Assembly: GCF_001194135.2 (NCBI RefSeq)
Contig: NC_069006.1
Span: 2,487,765 to 2,546,698 of the forward strand
DNA length: 58,934 bases
Source: Octopus bimaculoides
Taxonomy: Eukaryota
Direction of reading: 5' to 3'
Every line of letters begins with the position of its first letter. Position 1 is the stretch's first letter. The position numbers and the translations under genes were made by a program. The notes beneath the pieces were generated by a model. That model saw only the letters and a program-made list of their open reading frames with translations. It ran no database searches and was not told the DNA's origin. Below are positions 38,882 to 53,388 of this stretch, in pieces.

Positions 38882-39828
38882 GACAAAATGCAGTGAGTAG
38901 CTTTTCCCAGTTCGAACGTGCATCAAGCATATTTGGACTGATAGTAACATTACAATTTTATTTACCACTGCTTAGCGCTGTCTCTTTGTAATTTACTTGT
39001 CCAGGTTCCACTAAGAACTCAACTTACGCGACTGCATGGTTATTAGGCTCATAAATTAACGTCAATGTTTGATTTATACTTAAATAAAATAAAGTTTAAC
39101 AGAAAGATTCTAAAACTATCACTTACCACTGAGAGGAGTGTATTAGCAACTTCTCGGTGTCCATTCAAAGCAGCAAGGTGTAATGCAGTAAATCCATCAT
39201 CTTTCTTAACATTGACAATGTCTTGGCATTTTTGCAGAATACTTACAGTTGCACTGAAGAATGGTGAAAATAATCGAGATAAAAGTATCATTAGAAGAAT
39301 AATTTAGATTTGAAGTATTTAACGTATAGAGTTATAACGAGTGTACAAGAAATAGATATGGTGAAAAAAAGGTAACTTTGTGTTATCGATTTTATTGTTG
39401 TTGGCACTCCGTCGCTTACGATGTTGAGGGTTCCAATTGGTCCGATCAACAGAACAGCCTGCTCGTGAAATTAACGTGCAAGTGGCTGAGCACTCCACAG
39501 ACACGTGTACCCTTAAAATAGTCCTCGGGGATATTCAGCGTGACAGAGTGTGACAAGGCTGACCCTTTGAATTACAGGCACAACAGAAACAGGAAGTAAG
39601 AGTGAGAGAAATTTGTGGTGGAAGAGTACAGCAGGGTTCACCACCATCCCCTGCCGGAGCCTCGTGGCACTTTAGGTGTTTTCGCTCAATAAACACTCAC
39701 AACGCCCGTTCTGGGAATCGAAACCGCGATCCTATGACCGCGAGTCCGCTGCCCTAACCACTGGGCCATTGCGCCTCCACTATCGGTTTTAATATAAGAA
39801 GTATAAGTGAGTTAGATGATGAGCAACA

Positions 39829-39897
<69 letters not shown>

Positions 39898-42800
39898 ATA
39901 TGGGGGTGCTGAAAGGTTTCTGGCTTTTGGTAAAAGAAAATGCAGGAGGATCAGTTGATTATGATTTTATCCAATATATTTCCCTCTCAGATTCACACAC
40001 GTATTGCAGCGGTCCTTCAGCTTTTCTAAGTCTCGTAAAAGAACTTGGTTGGGCCTCCGACCAGGCCTTTAGCGTTCCCCTTTAAGCTAACCCCTTGTAT
40101 AAATAGCGTTCCCCTTTAGCGTTCCCCTTTCAGTAACTCCTTGTATAAATAGCCAATTGATATATAGAGGTCATAAGTTATAGCTATAGAATTTAAAACT
40201 TCAATTGATAACATCGTTAAATTCTAATACGTTATTACAATGCAGTAAATTCTAATGAAATTAACTTGCATGTATTTACAGATATCGGCTGGCTGAAAAG
40301 TGTGCTGAGCGAAACATATCTGCAATAAAAAGTAGAAAAGGCATAGATTTTATATGTAACTACACATAATTATGAATTCTATGTGAAATCTATACTTTCC
40401 TGCTTTTATTCTAAATTTATCGACATACTTCTCACATTTTCTCGGTATATGTATTATATGTGTGTGTATGTGTGCGTGCGTGTGTGTATGTGTAAGCGTG
40501 TGTATATTTACATATATCTATATATATAAAATTGAATTTCTATCTGTTTGTTTGTCCGTCAAAATTCAAGTAAAGACAGCAAATCTCTAGTAGTTTCACC
40601 CTGGTTCAGATTTGAAACTGAATCTTTCAATTCTTTTTGGGCACACGATTTATTCAAACGTCAAAAGGAACCGTGAGAAATGGATGTCTCATCTGACCTG
40701 TGGCCTTTTCAGCGCCATCGCAACTTCACTCACATGATGAGTGACCTGGATTGTTTTTTTTTTATCAGTAACAATGAAAGTAAAGGCAGCAAAAATTGTA
40801 GGAATTTTCTGACCCTGTTTCAGATTCGAAACTGAATCTTTCAATTCTCCTTGGGCGTAGGGCCAATTCAAACCTCAAAAAGAACCGTGACAAATGCGTG
40901 TTCCACTTGACACGTAGCCTTTTCAGTCTCATCACACAGTCACCTAGATTCGGTAGAGCTATTGTTCTATATGATATAGCTATATTTCTAGCTTGTCGGT
41001 TCAGATATAAATATACAAAATTCTTTCAGATATGCAGAGAGAGTCCGACGGTAAAGCGAGACGTACGACACACACAGACAGAACTTGACAGGGAAACAGA
41101 AAATATCAACATGACGTGCAGCAGAAATCGAAGGTGAGAGACACGCACAGCTTGCAGATGACTGACAAAGAAAGAAAGCTCGACGTGCATCTGAAACCGA
41201 ACATCAATTTTATGGAGAAGCGTGGTTGAAGTTATGTTTGCTTGGAAAAAACTTCAACATCAAAAACACGAAAGTGTTTAAGAGGTCGTTTTGCAATTAT
41301 TCTCAAAGATTATGAAGTAAGTGATCCTGTTGAACTGTGGAATAAGTTTAGAAATGATCTTGCTGAAGATTTCAAGCAGCATGTGCGCCATGTACTATGG
41401 CTCACGGAAAAGTTTTTGAAGCTGTGGTCAGAACATTATGAGACATTAGAAATTGTAATTCCATGATGGGAAATGTCACAGTATTATTGTCAGGAGACCT
41501 CCCACAAACACTACCAGTTATTCCAAGAGGAACAAAAGTGGATGACATCAATGTTTCAATAATGTCTTCTGTATTATAGCACCATGTGAAACACTTCAAC
41601 TTTGGACAAGTATAAGATCGAGGTTTTCAAGAGACCAATCAGCTGGACTATTTGCAGAGTAGCTTTTGAAACTCGGTGAAGGGTGAGTTGTAACTGATGA
41701 AGAACAGTTTCTTACACTCAATCTAATATGTAATTCAGCTGATCCTGTCGATGATTTGGTGGCTGAAATCTTTCGTCATCTTCTTCATAATTACAACAAT
41801 ACAGATTTGATTTGTGTGAGAGATATCCTAGCTCCAAAAAATGCCGTGACCGTGTTACCCTACTGAATAACCCTACTGATTCAAGAATGCCATGTGGGCA
41901 CCTAATATTCCTCTACTTCCTTCATCAGTCTTTATGAATTAGCTGCTAAATGTCCTTTAAATCGCACCATACTGCCTTGCCTAAATATAATAATATGCTT
42001 GAATAGTATTAGAGAATATTTTCTTAGATACAGCAATCTGAAAGCACATGGGTTGATGGTTTGCGATGGCCAGACTACATTCGATTATATGTCTAATTGA
42101 TGAGGGCAAAAAGGGAGGAACGACGTTGGATATTGTACCCCAAATGCAGTATACCTGAACAAAAAACGTTGAGAAAAACTATTGGAAGATCCTTGATGAT
42201 AAAATTTGTTCAATGCCAAGAGGAAAAATAAATGAAAAAGTTACTTACAAATTATTTCCCCTGATTGCTGCATAGTGTAACGTATTGAAACCACGCTTGT
42301 TACGTATCTTGAAATCAATCCTGGAGTCACTGATTAACATATCAATGATTTCTTCGTTCTCTTTGCGGATTGCATCATGTAAAGCAGTGTCCCCTAAGGA
42401 ATCCTGGAAATAATTACAATAATAATAATAATAATAAGGGTCTTAAATTTTGCCACAAGAGGCTTCTTGTCCATGACGTGTAAAGTCCAATAAGAATTCT
42501 TATCGAACTTTACACATGATAGACAAGAATCCGCCTTACCCATTCTACACAACACATTTCTTGAATAACAGAACTGCAACTTTAACATCCAACATGTATT
42601 TTTATTTTTCTATTTTCCTTTTATACTTTCTACATTATATCTAATTTCTTGTTTATCTCTCCCTCTCCAGAATAACTTCTAAAAACAATGAACTGTACTA
42701 ATTCCTTCTGGTGAAGCTCTTTTAACTTGTCTCTGATGATGGGATATCATTTATTTCCCTGAAACAGCTATAAGACTACGTTTCCATTTATAAATGTCCT

Positions 42801-43352
42801 AAGAATATCAAATTGTCTTGGCCTTATTATCTTATTTTATTTAACACACGCACACACACACACACATATATGAAGTAACAAACTGAGGAAAAGAAATCCT
42901 TCAAAGGGGTGTGTTAAACATCCAGTTCACTGGCACTTCAGTTGGATACCATATAAGTATTGATATAATTCAATAATAAAGATAGATTAAATATTGAGAT
43001 ATTCTCTTGACACTCAAGAATTTATATATATTACAATATTACATTATATAACATAAAACAAAACATATTATATAAATAATTATAAAAACCGTAAAAGGTC
43101 AACAAATTCTTTCGACTTATATATATTTCTTTTTCCTGATATATATAATCACAGTTCAATTATATATAAGTGACTCATATATAATTGAACTGTGATTATG
43201 TATATCATAAAAAATAGAAATATGTATAAATCGAAAGAATTTGTTGGCCTTTTACAGTTTTTATAATTATTTATATAGTATTTAATGTAATATTATAATA
43301 GAAATAAATTATTGAATGTCAATAGAATATCTCAATATTTAATCTATCTTTT

Positions 43353-43451
<99 letters not shown>

Positions 43452-43497
43452 AGGAGAGTGTGTGTATGTATGTGTATATATTGCATACATACATCCC

Positions 43498-43539
<42 letters not shown>

Positions 43540-43673
43540 ATATATATATGTAAATTGCACACATATATATCACACATACCCAGACATGTGCGCACGCACA
43601 CACACGCATACACACACACACATACACACACACGCACGCATATGTATACCGTCGTCGACGTCANNNNNNNNNN

Positions 43674-43720
<47 letters not shown>

Positions 43721-43766
43721 AGGAGAGTGTGTGTATGTATGTGTATATATTGCATACATACATCCC

Positions 43767-43808
<42 letters not shown>

Positions 43809-44358
43809 ATATATATATGTAAATTGCACACATATATATCACACATACCCAGACATGTGCGCACGCACACACACGCATACACACACACACATACACACAC
43901 ACGCACGCATATGTATACCGTCGTCGACGTCATCCTCACCATCATCATCATCATCATGGAACCATCAATTAAAATCGGCCCACAAAATTTTAATATGCTT
44001 TTGCCCGTTGGTGCGAGTCGTGGAAAGAAGGACCCTTTCTGGATACTTGCTGATATTAACTAACCTGAATATTAATCGGAGCTGAATGCTTAACTAATAT
44101 CCGGACGCACTTGACAGACTCTTTGTTCACTGCTATGTGAAGTGCAGTATGGCGATTCTTGTTTAAGGCGTTAGTTTTGGCTCCCTTTGACAGAAGCAGT
44201 TCCATTATTTCTGTTTCTCCACTAGAATTTTAAAAAAGTGAAAAGGACACAAATTGAGATTAATGAAAAGAACAAATTTTTACATTGAAACACGATAGTG
44301 ATGGTGATGGCGGTGATAGTTGTGATGGGGTAATGGGGATGGCAGTAATGGTGTTATG

Positions 44359-44389
<31 letters not shown>

Positions 44390-45152
44390 GAGTCGTGATC
44401 ATATTCATGACAAAAAGGAAAACAGCAACAAAAGAAGACGACAGATTACTTTAAGCAATAATGATTCTCTTTAATTTTAGCGCAAGGCTAAGAATATTCA
44501 AGGGAGATAGAAATCGATTACAGCGAAGCTAATGTTTTACTGATAGATTTTTTTATCGACCTTGTTAGGTTGACAGGCAAAGTTTACCTTGGTGGTGTTT
44601 GAACTTAGAACGTGAAGTGCCGGAAGAAATACTGCTCGGCATTTTGTTCGACATGTTTACTCTTCTGCTAGCTTGCCGCCTTAATGATGATAATCCTTTC
44701 TACTATCAGTGGTTGCAAATTGCTGAGTTAAAAGCAGAAAATGAAGTGTCTTCGGAACTCGAGACCAATCATTATCAACCATTTTCTAAGATTTTATAAT
44801 TCTCACTGATAGAATTATGAAAGCAAATCACCCAGTTAGAACAGTAAAAAGCCATATTGATAAACCTTGTCCCTAATTCATATAACTATCCCCAGCAACA
44901 GCGTCGCGGATAAAGATCTGAATAAGATACAAATGTATAAAGAGCTCAGTCTGAAGATTGCCAAAATGTGGAATATGAAAACTACTATGATGACTACATT
45001 ATTTACATTATTTACATTTGTCGGATATTTATCCTCATCTTGTTTGTTGTTAACACAACCTTTCGGCTGATATACCCTCCAGCCTTCGTCAGGTGTCTTG
45101 GGGAAATTTCGAACCTGGGTTCTCATTCCTAACGATGTTACTATTATTATTA

Positions 45153-45227
<75 letters not shown>

Positions 45228-46177
45228 TATTAATCAGGTCGCTGCCGTGAATCTAACTCGGAACCTTGGGGTTAATAATAATATAATAATAGTAACATCG
45301 TTAGGAATGAGAACCCAGGTTCGAAATTTCCCCAAGACACCTGACGAAGGCTGGAGGGTATATCAGCCGAAACGTTGTGTTAACAACAAACAAGATGAAG
45401 ATAAATATCCGACAAATGTAAATAATGTAAATAATTCCTCATCTCTTAAATATAGAACTGTACTATGATGACTGTTATCTTAGGAACGCTCGGGATAATA
45501 AAGTGAGGAGCAGAAACACTCACAGACATGATGCCAACAAAACTGTGCTGTGCCTTTTAAACATCGAAAAAGGCAATACGGTAGACAATTAAAGGCCGAT
45601 ATCCTATTTGCCACTTATGTGGAAATTATTGACTGGAATACTCGCAGAGTCAATGTACGAACATCTGGAGAAAAATGGAGTCCTGCCACATGAGCAGAAG
45701 AGTTGCAGAAGAGTGCAAATCAGCTCCTGATAGACAAAACTATACTGAGAGACTACAAGAGGAGGAAAAGTAACTTAGCCATGTCATGGATCGACTATCG
45801 TAAGGGGTACGATATGGTCCCACACTCTTTGATTATGGAATGTATGAACCTATTTGGTATTGAATCGAATGTTACGCGATTGGTTAGAAAAAGTATGGCG
45901 AATTGGAGGACGGCCCTGACAGCATACGGAAGAAGGGATGTCAGAAACATCTAGATAAGATCCCAGGAGAACCATGTATCAGAGAAACCCAAATGATTGT
46001 GCTGATAAGTACTGCCCACATCCTTAGAAAAACCCTATCCGTTTACATGTCTGTGTTGTATTACATGGAGATATTTCACTACCACCCCTTCTCAAGCATT
46101 CAGTCATATTGTAACATCTCTTAACCTTTACTCGCCCCAAGACCCTGGGTGTGTCTCAGCAAGTAACTGTAACAAAG

Positions 46178-46236
<59 letters not shown>

Positions 46237-47214
46237 GAAATAATTAAGAAAAAACAAAAAATGGTATGCAAAATTTAATCTGAAACATTTTGAGATACTC
46301 GGAAGATACTGTAAAAAGAAACATACCCAATCGCAGAGAAATTTAGTGCTGTATCCCCATCGTCATCTTGTAGTTCTAAGTCAGCCCCGGCCTCGAGAAG
46401 CATCAATACAATGTCTTTATGACCCTTATAACTGGCAACTTGTAAGGCTGTTTTACCAGAACATTTTTTATCAATCTGTGGTGAGAGCGAGAGAGACAGT
46501 CAGAAGATGTACTGACAGTAATTAAAATTGAAGTAGGAAGATTGAGAGAACAGAGCAGAGAAAGGCAAACAAACAAAAGAGAGGCATTAGATGATTACGA
46601 GCGGTCCGAAGCACAGAATATTCTCAGACTAGAGGGATGCATATAATAGGATTGGCAGTTTTAAAGGACCCCAAGGGCCATGTAGCACTGTTTATCTAGG
46701 CAACGTGTTAAATCTACCATCAGGAAACAGGAATTGTCCAAATTTCGTACGCATGACAAGGTAGAAATCACTTGTCCTTCAGTGCCGAGTAGTAGGCTTG
46801 AAGTAGGTAACCATTTCGATTTGAAGTGAAACTCTGAAACAGACAGCTCTAGTTTCTCGTTCACTGACAAATGTCCAGGTAGCATATGAGGCTCATCAGT
46901 TCCACCACTCTGAGAGGAGGATCAGGGCAAGAGGTCACCAGCGCTAAACCTCATCGTCTGAATAACAGGCTTAAATAAAGAAGGAGCAAAAAAAGGGAAA
47001 CGAACGGGAGAAGTAAGAAGGGGACAAGGAGGACAAGGGGGAACGGGAAGAAGGGGGAGATGAGGCGAGGAAGGGAGGAGGAGTAAGCGAAGAGGGAGAA
47101 GTGGAAAAGAAGAAGGGGGAGGAAGAGGAGGATGGTGAGGAAGTGGTGGACAAGGACAAGGACAAGGAAGCGGAGAAGAAGGAGGCAGAAATGAAAGAAA
47201 ATGAGGAGGAAGTG

Positions 47215-47245
<31 letters not shown>

Positions 47246-48517
47246 GTTGATATGCAAGATATATAGATAGCAGCTTACTTCATCTCGATGGTTTTTGATG
47301 AATTCTCGAACATTTCGTGTGTGGCCTTTAGCAGCTTCCTTTACGAAACCATCCAGAACTGTGGCACCAAAACTCATATTAAAGAGCTGCTGCATCATGT
47401 CATCCACTGATTCTAGAGAAGTAGTCGTGAAAGTGTAATTATTAAAGTAAATACTTCTAGCTGAATGTAAGCAAAATGTTTGAAACTAGGAAAATACGAT
47501 GCGACATCAAAACGTTCCCAGACGAGTTCTGTAGCGCGCCAACAGCTTGCAGCACCCTGCCCAATGAGAGCTAGAAATGAGTCAGGGTACAGAAAGACCT
47601 CACTGTGTTTACTCTGCAAGTTAAGAAATTTGTACTTTCGTAATCACGACTACGCAGTAGTCGATGATTTTGTCAGGACAGGGAACACAAAGCCAACATG
47701 AAATTTTGTGTTAAACTTGGGAAATATGCTTGGGAAAAACGACCGGATCTGTGAAGCATGAAGAATTGGCTTCTTCCCGACGACAATGCACCCTGTCACC
47801 GAAAATTCTCCCCACTCGTCAGTTTCTCGCCAAAAAACGACATGGTATTGTTTCCGCATCCGTCCTATTCACCTCCCTATTCGCCAGATTTAGCACCTCC
47901 TGGCTTCAGTCTCTTCTTCAAGATGAAAACGCAGCTCAAAGGTCGCCGTTTTAACACCGTTGTCGAGATCCAGAGCGAATCACAGAAAGGTCTCGACTTG
48001 CTTACGGAAAACAACTTCCAGGCTGGATTCCAAAGGTGGCAGGAAAGCTAACACTGGAGTATCGCCGCACAAGGTATCTATTTCGAAGGAAATTATGGTA
48101 AAACTTTGTTATATAAGTTATCGTTCTTTTTTTAAATTAAACATAAGTATTTCGGGAAACTTTTGATACTACCTCGTATATAATGAAAATAAGTAGTGTA
48201 TACACACACATATGCATACATACATACATACATACATACATACATACATACATACATACATACATACATTCAATACGAGCTCAATTTTAAACGGTAATCA
48301 CATGAACTTCAAAGTAGTTTGTTTACATTTGAAACTTAAACATAGTCCTCAAATAAGTCATTTCGTAACTCAAGACTAAAATATAGATCTATAAAAGTAT
48401 ATACATCTATAAAAGTTAAAATTATTGGGTTCACAATGTTGTAATCCGTCCAAGCTGTTGTCAAACCAAGATTTTCTCTCTGTTTCTCTTTCGCTCTCTC
48501 TCACTCACTCTCTTTCT

Positions 48518-48573
<56 letters not shown>

Positions 48574-50007
48574 CTCTCTCTCTCTCTTTCAAAGGTGTCC
48601 TGGAGAATGGTTTTAGACAGGGAGTTGTGGAGGGTACCTAACTGTACTAGGCAGGCTTTCATCTTCATACTTGCCCAAAGGGTGCATACTCTATTAAGAA
48701 GATAGTGAGGAGAGAAAAGATGTGTATATTAAAATGAGGAGAATGGTCAAAANNNNNNNNNNNNNNNNNNNNNNNNNNNNNNNNNNNNNNNNNNNNNNNN
48801 NNNNNNNNNNNNNNNNNNNNNNNNNNNNNNNNNNNNNNNNNNNNNNNNNNNNNNNNNNNNNNNNNNNNNNNNNNNNNNNNNNNNNNNNNNNNNNNNNNNN
48901 NNNNNNNNNNNNNNNNNNNNNNNNNNNNNNNNNNNNNNNNNNNNNNNNNNNNNNNNNNNNNNNNNNNNNNNNNNNNNNNNNNNNNNNNNNNNNNNNNNNN
49001 NNNNNNNNNNNNNNNNNNNNNNNNNNNNNNNNNNNNNNNNNNNNNNNNNNNNNNNNNNNNNNNNNNNNNNNNNNNNNNNNNNNNNNNNNNNNNNNNNNNN
49101 NNNNNNNNNNNNNNNNNNNNNNNNNNNNNNNNNNNNNNNNNNNNNNNNNNNNNNNNNNNNNNNNNNNNNNNNNNNNNNNNNNNNNNNNNNNNNNNNNNNN
49201 NNNNNNNNNNNNNNNNNNNNNNNNNNNNNNNNNNNNNNNNNNNNNNNNNNNNNNNNNNNNNNNNNNNNNNNNNNNNNNNNNNNNNNNNNNNNNNNNNNNN
49301 NNNNNNNNNNNNNNNNNNNNNNNNNNNNNNNNNNNNNNNNNNNNNNNNNNNNNNNNNNNNNNNNNNNNNNNNNNNNNNNNNNNNNNNNNNNNNNNNNNNN
49401 NNNNNNNNNNNNNNNNNNNNNNNNNNNNNNNNNNNNNNNNNNNNNNNNNNNNNNNNNNNNNNNNNNNNNNNNNNNNNNNNNNNNNNNNNNNNNNNNNNNN
49501 NNNATATATATATACACGCGCGCGCGCGCATACACACACACATACATATATATATATATGTATATACATTTTCGACATATTTTAATATCTAATGTATTTG
49601 TGTATTAATCTTCACATCTGTATGTTTTCAATGTACCTGTTACCTTGTATATTTTTTTATATAAAGTTGTCATTATAGTACTCGGTGTTTCAAATGTCGG
49701 AGCGAAGAGCTATGATGCATTCTCATCGGCTAATAATGGGCAACAGATGCTATGAAAACTGTTGAATAGAAGTTACTCTAACAGACAGAGAAAGAAATAC
49801 AAAACAATAAAAAATATACGCAACCATATTCTCACAATACATACACATAAGCCTCCTGCGTTCACAACGTCTACTTGCGTACATACACAAACATGTATAC
49901 GTACATGCACATACACCAACACAAACATGTATGTATGTACTTACTCATACATACACACGTATCAACACACATGCATATATATATATGTGTGTGTTTGTGT
50001 CTATCTT

Positions 50008-50061
<54 letters not shown>

Positions 50062-53000
50062 AATATATATATATATATATATATATTTTTGGTGTCGCAT
50101 GGCCAAAAATTACCGTGAATTTTTTTAGAGACACTTTCAAATTTATCAGAATATCGGACTGAAGATTTGGAATAGAGAAATTTTCATTCTCTTAACCACG
50201 AAACGATCGTATCCGATTAACTAAAGACTTGTTTTGTTTATGCCTTTCCCTCCGGTTTTTTGTTCTATGTGTGCCATAAATATCGCCATCCGTTTAGAGA
50301 AAAATTTGTAGTTTAGAATCAGTAGTTCTTTGACTGCTATTTCTAAATTTTCAGTATGTTGGAGAAGCAACTCNNNNNNNNNNNNNNNNNNNNNNNNNNN
50401 NNNNNNNNNNNNNNNNNNNNNNNNNNNNNNNNNNNNNNNNNNNNNNNNNNNNNNNNNNNNNNNNNNNNNNNNNNNNNNNNNNNNNNNNNNNNNNNNNNNN
50501 NNNNNNNNNNNNNNNNNNNNNNNNNNNNNNNNNNNNNNNNNNNNNNNNNNNNNNNNNNNNNNNNNNNNNNNNNNNNNNNNNNNNNNNNNNNNNNNNNNNN
50601 NNNNNNNNNNNNNNNNNNNNNNNNNNNNNNNNNNNNNNNNNNNNNNNNNNNNNNNATATATATGGGAGAATTTACGAAAAAACAACAACAGACGAGGGCA
50701 GGTGGTGTAGACAACAACAGAATGTATTAGTTTAACGTTCGGGAATACAGAAAGTCTTTAACGTTTCGAGCTACGCTCTTCAACAGAAAGAATACGGAGA
50801 AAACAAGGAGAAAAACACGGAGACAAAAATTGAATGTTTTGGTCAGCGATTAATCATGGCGACATATGCACCAGACACAGCCTTACACTCATATACATAC
50901 ATATGCATATACACACGCACAGTCTTACACTCATATACATACATATACACATACAAACGCACGCATATATATACATATAATATATATATATATACATATA
51001 CATATACACACACGTACACACTTACACAATTAAAAAGGAAAATATATGTATAAAATTAAAAATTAAATTAATGGAAGTTAAAACATATGGGAAAGCTTGT
51101 ACAAGAACGTAGTAGAAATGTGGATTGTAGCCGTCATCTTGGGTGAGTGGGGCAAAGCCGTAACAGGTATTTTGTGACATGTGGACATGATCCGAAAAGT
51201 TCAGTTCTTGAATTTAAGCATGTAGCGGGATCCAAGGAATATCATTACTGCAAGAAATATTCAAACAAAAAAAAATCTGAGTATCCACGTAACTTTTAAC
51301 ATCATATATGTGCCCAAAAGTAAATTAATATTTTGAAAAAACTCACAAAAGATAATATGCTAGAAGAGGTGCAACATGAAAGCTATACCTGTACTTTACA
51401 TTGGTACTGGTCGAAAAGTATCGTTTTCGAAACAAACTTTCAACGCTAGAGGCATTAGCCCTGGATGAAGGAGGTGCCATTTCAGCTCTCATCCACCTGA
51501 GCTTTAATTTGTGATGTCTATACTACGCTTACTTTATAGACTTATAGACTTTCTTATATACTTTCTTAATGGCTCTACCTTGCCTTAACTTTGGCGGTAG
51601 TTGAGCTAATAAACCAGACGACAGTCATTATGCACTTCTACCACCTCGTCACCCCATCCGACCTCGTAGTGAACTTGTGGATTTCAGAATTTTCTGATCT
51701 ATAAAACTTTCCATTCATGAGAAGTACGGATCAATGCCTAAGGAATATTGTTTGATACGTCCGAATCTTTCCCAATAAAAGTTATTCGGTTTATGTGTTT
51801 GAATGATAGTAAAATCACAAAAACTTACCAGAGTCGCTCTCACTATCGTCCACACTACGCGATACCTTTCTACAGCATTTGGGGTTGATGGAACACATTT
51901 TACCAGACACCGACACAAGCAAAGCACCGTTTGGTAACACTAGCTTTACTCTAGCGGTTTTTCCTAATATCTACAAACAAAATGAATGTATAAAGTTTGT
52001 GATGAAGGGGTAAAAATAAATTAAATATTCAAGAAAATCCCAGGTCAAATTAAAAAAAAACAATACCCCTCTTTTTACACAATTAATGAACTGTGAACTA
52101 ATATGACTTTCTCTTGGTGTAATTTGACTTATATTTTGTCGTACTACTGCACCTCAACAATAGTTTGAATAATTGCATGTGTAAACCTCAAATTTGTAAT
52201 CTAAGAACATTCTTATCGTATTTCAAGATGATAAAATCACATGCTGCTTTGGTTTTAGTTGATATATTTAACGAAAAGGATATTTCCCATCAACATCATT
52301 ATCGATCAATAACATAGTCCCATCTATGTCACAAATGTTTGATCCTGAAGCGAAGAAACAATCAATATAATTTTGAATCTGCTTTTTCTTTAAAATTTCT
52401 TGCCATGATTAGCAGTAGATAAAGTAAGTTTGGGAGTGTAAGCATGATAAGCGTAAACTTCCATATTTAGTGCCGTAGTCTATTCCTGAGTTATTTGAGA
52501 CACATGCGGCCTTGCTTTATCGTGTAAGAGAAACAACTTTTTGCAGCTGACCAATGATCTGCGAATTCTTGTGCAATGCTTCAAACTTCTCTGTATTAAC
52601 ACACCATGATAGTCGATAACCATCCTTTCCCACTAAACAGAGCACAACTATTTTCGCGCAGAACCAAAGTTTGGAGATGTATTTGTTTTCCTTTGGATGC
52701 TCACTATGTGATATGGTTATAGGGAATCCACTTTTCATCATTTGTGATATTTCTACCTAGGTAAGGCTCGGTAGCAAGTTTACTCTTCAATGAGAAGCAG
52801 AAGGCAACCATTGAATTAAGCTGAGAAGCTATCAGATAATGAGAAATCCACTGACCAAATGTAGGCACGTTTCTTTGTCCTTGAAAGTGTGTTATCGTAG
52901 AAGTATGCTTGGATTGAATTGTTTTACTAATTCTTGTGCAGATTGTTTTGGATTTCCCTCAACTACCATTTTCAGAATCTCAATATCGACAGAAATATGT

Positions 53001-53340
53001 CATTCAAATCGAGGATAATCTGCAACGGAATATTTTCCCGAGCGTAATTGATCAAACTATCGTTGACATATTCGGAGAAGTAAAGCTCCATTTCCATACG
53101 CAGAATGAATATTTCTTGCCACTTTCATTGCTGAAGAGCCCCTTTGAATTACTAAAGTGTGCAGTATCTTATCTAAATTCATAAAAAATGGTAAGATCAA
53201 AACGAATTTAACAGCTATGGTGCATAAAGCAATCTGCTGAGAAAGAAAAAATTATAAGAATTAGATTTAATATTTATTTTACTGAAAACTATTGAAAAAG
53301 TAACTTTAATGTGATCGTGTTAAAAATGTGACAGGCTTTA

Positions 53341-53388
<48 letters not shown>

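Larger units (their letters stand above)
44996..45460. mobile_element. Penelope-type insertion of two inverted pLTR-like arms (about 160 bp each) with a 13-bp TSD
   Basis: Arms 44998-45160 and 45274-45435 are near-perfect inverted repeats, each with an HHR motif; TACTATGATGACT is duplicated at 44983-44995 and 45461-45473. Confidence 0.75.
44870..46100 (+). mobile_element. Rearranged R4/Dong-like LINE fragments (RLE domain and RT) ending near (AAT)n
   Basis: [16 protein letters not shown]; [18 protein letters not shown]; [12 protein letters not shown]. Confidence 0.7.

Noticed and set aside
39705-39780. tRNA-like sequence (also 20645-20720, 25652-25730, 16724-16810)
   Set aside because: No proper acceptor stem, and each continues into a SINE body; these are SINE heads, not tRNA genes.
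46540-46920. ORF 46661-46885 as an extra exon
   Set aside because: The neighbouring exons already join in phase; no domain match; probably transposon debris.
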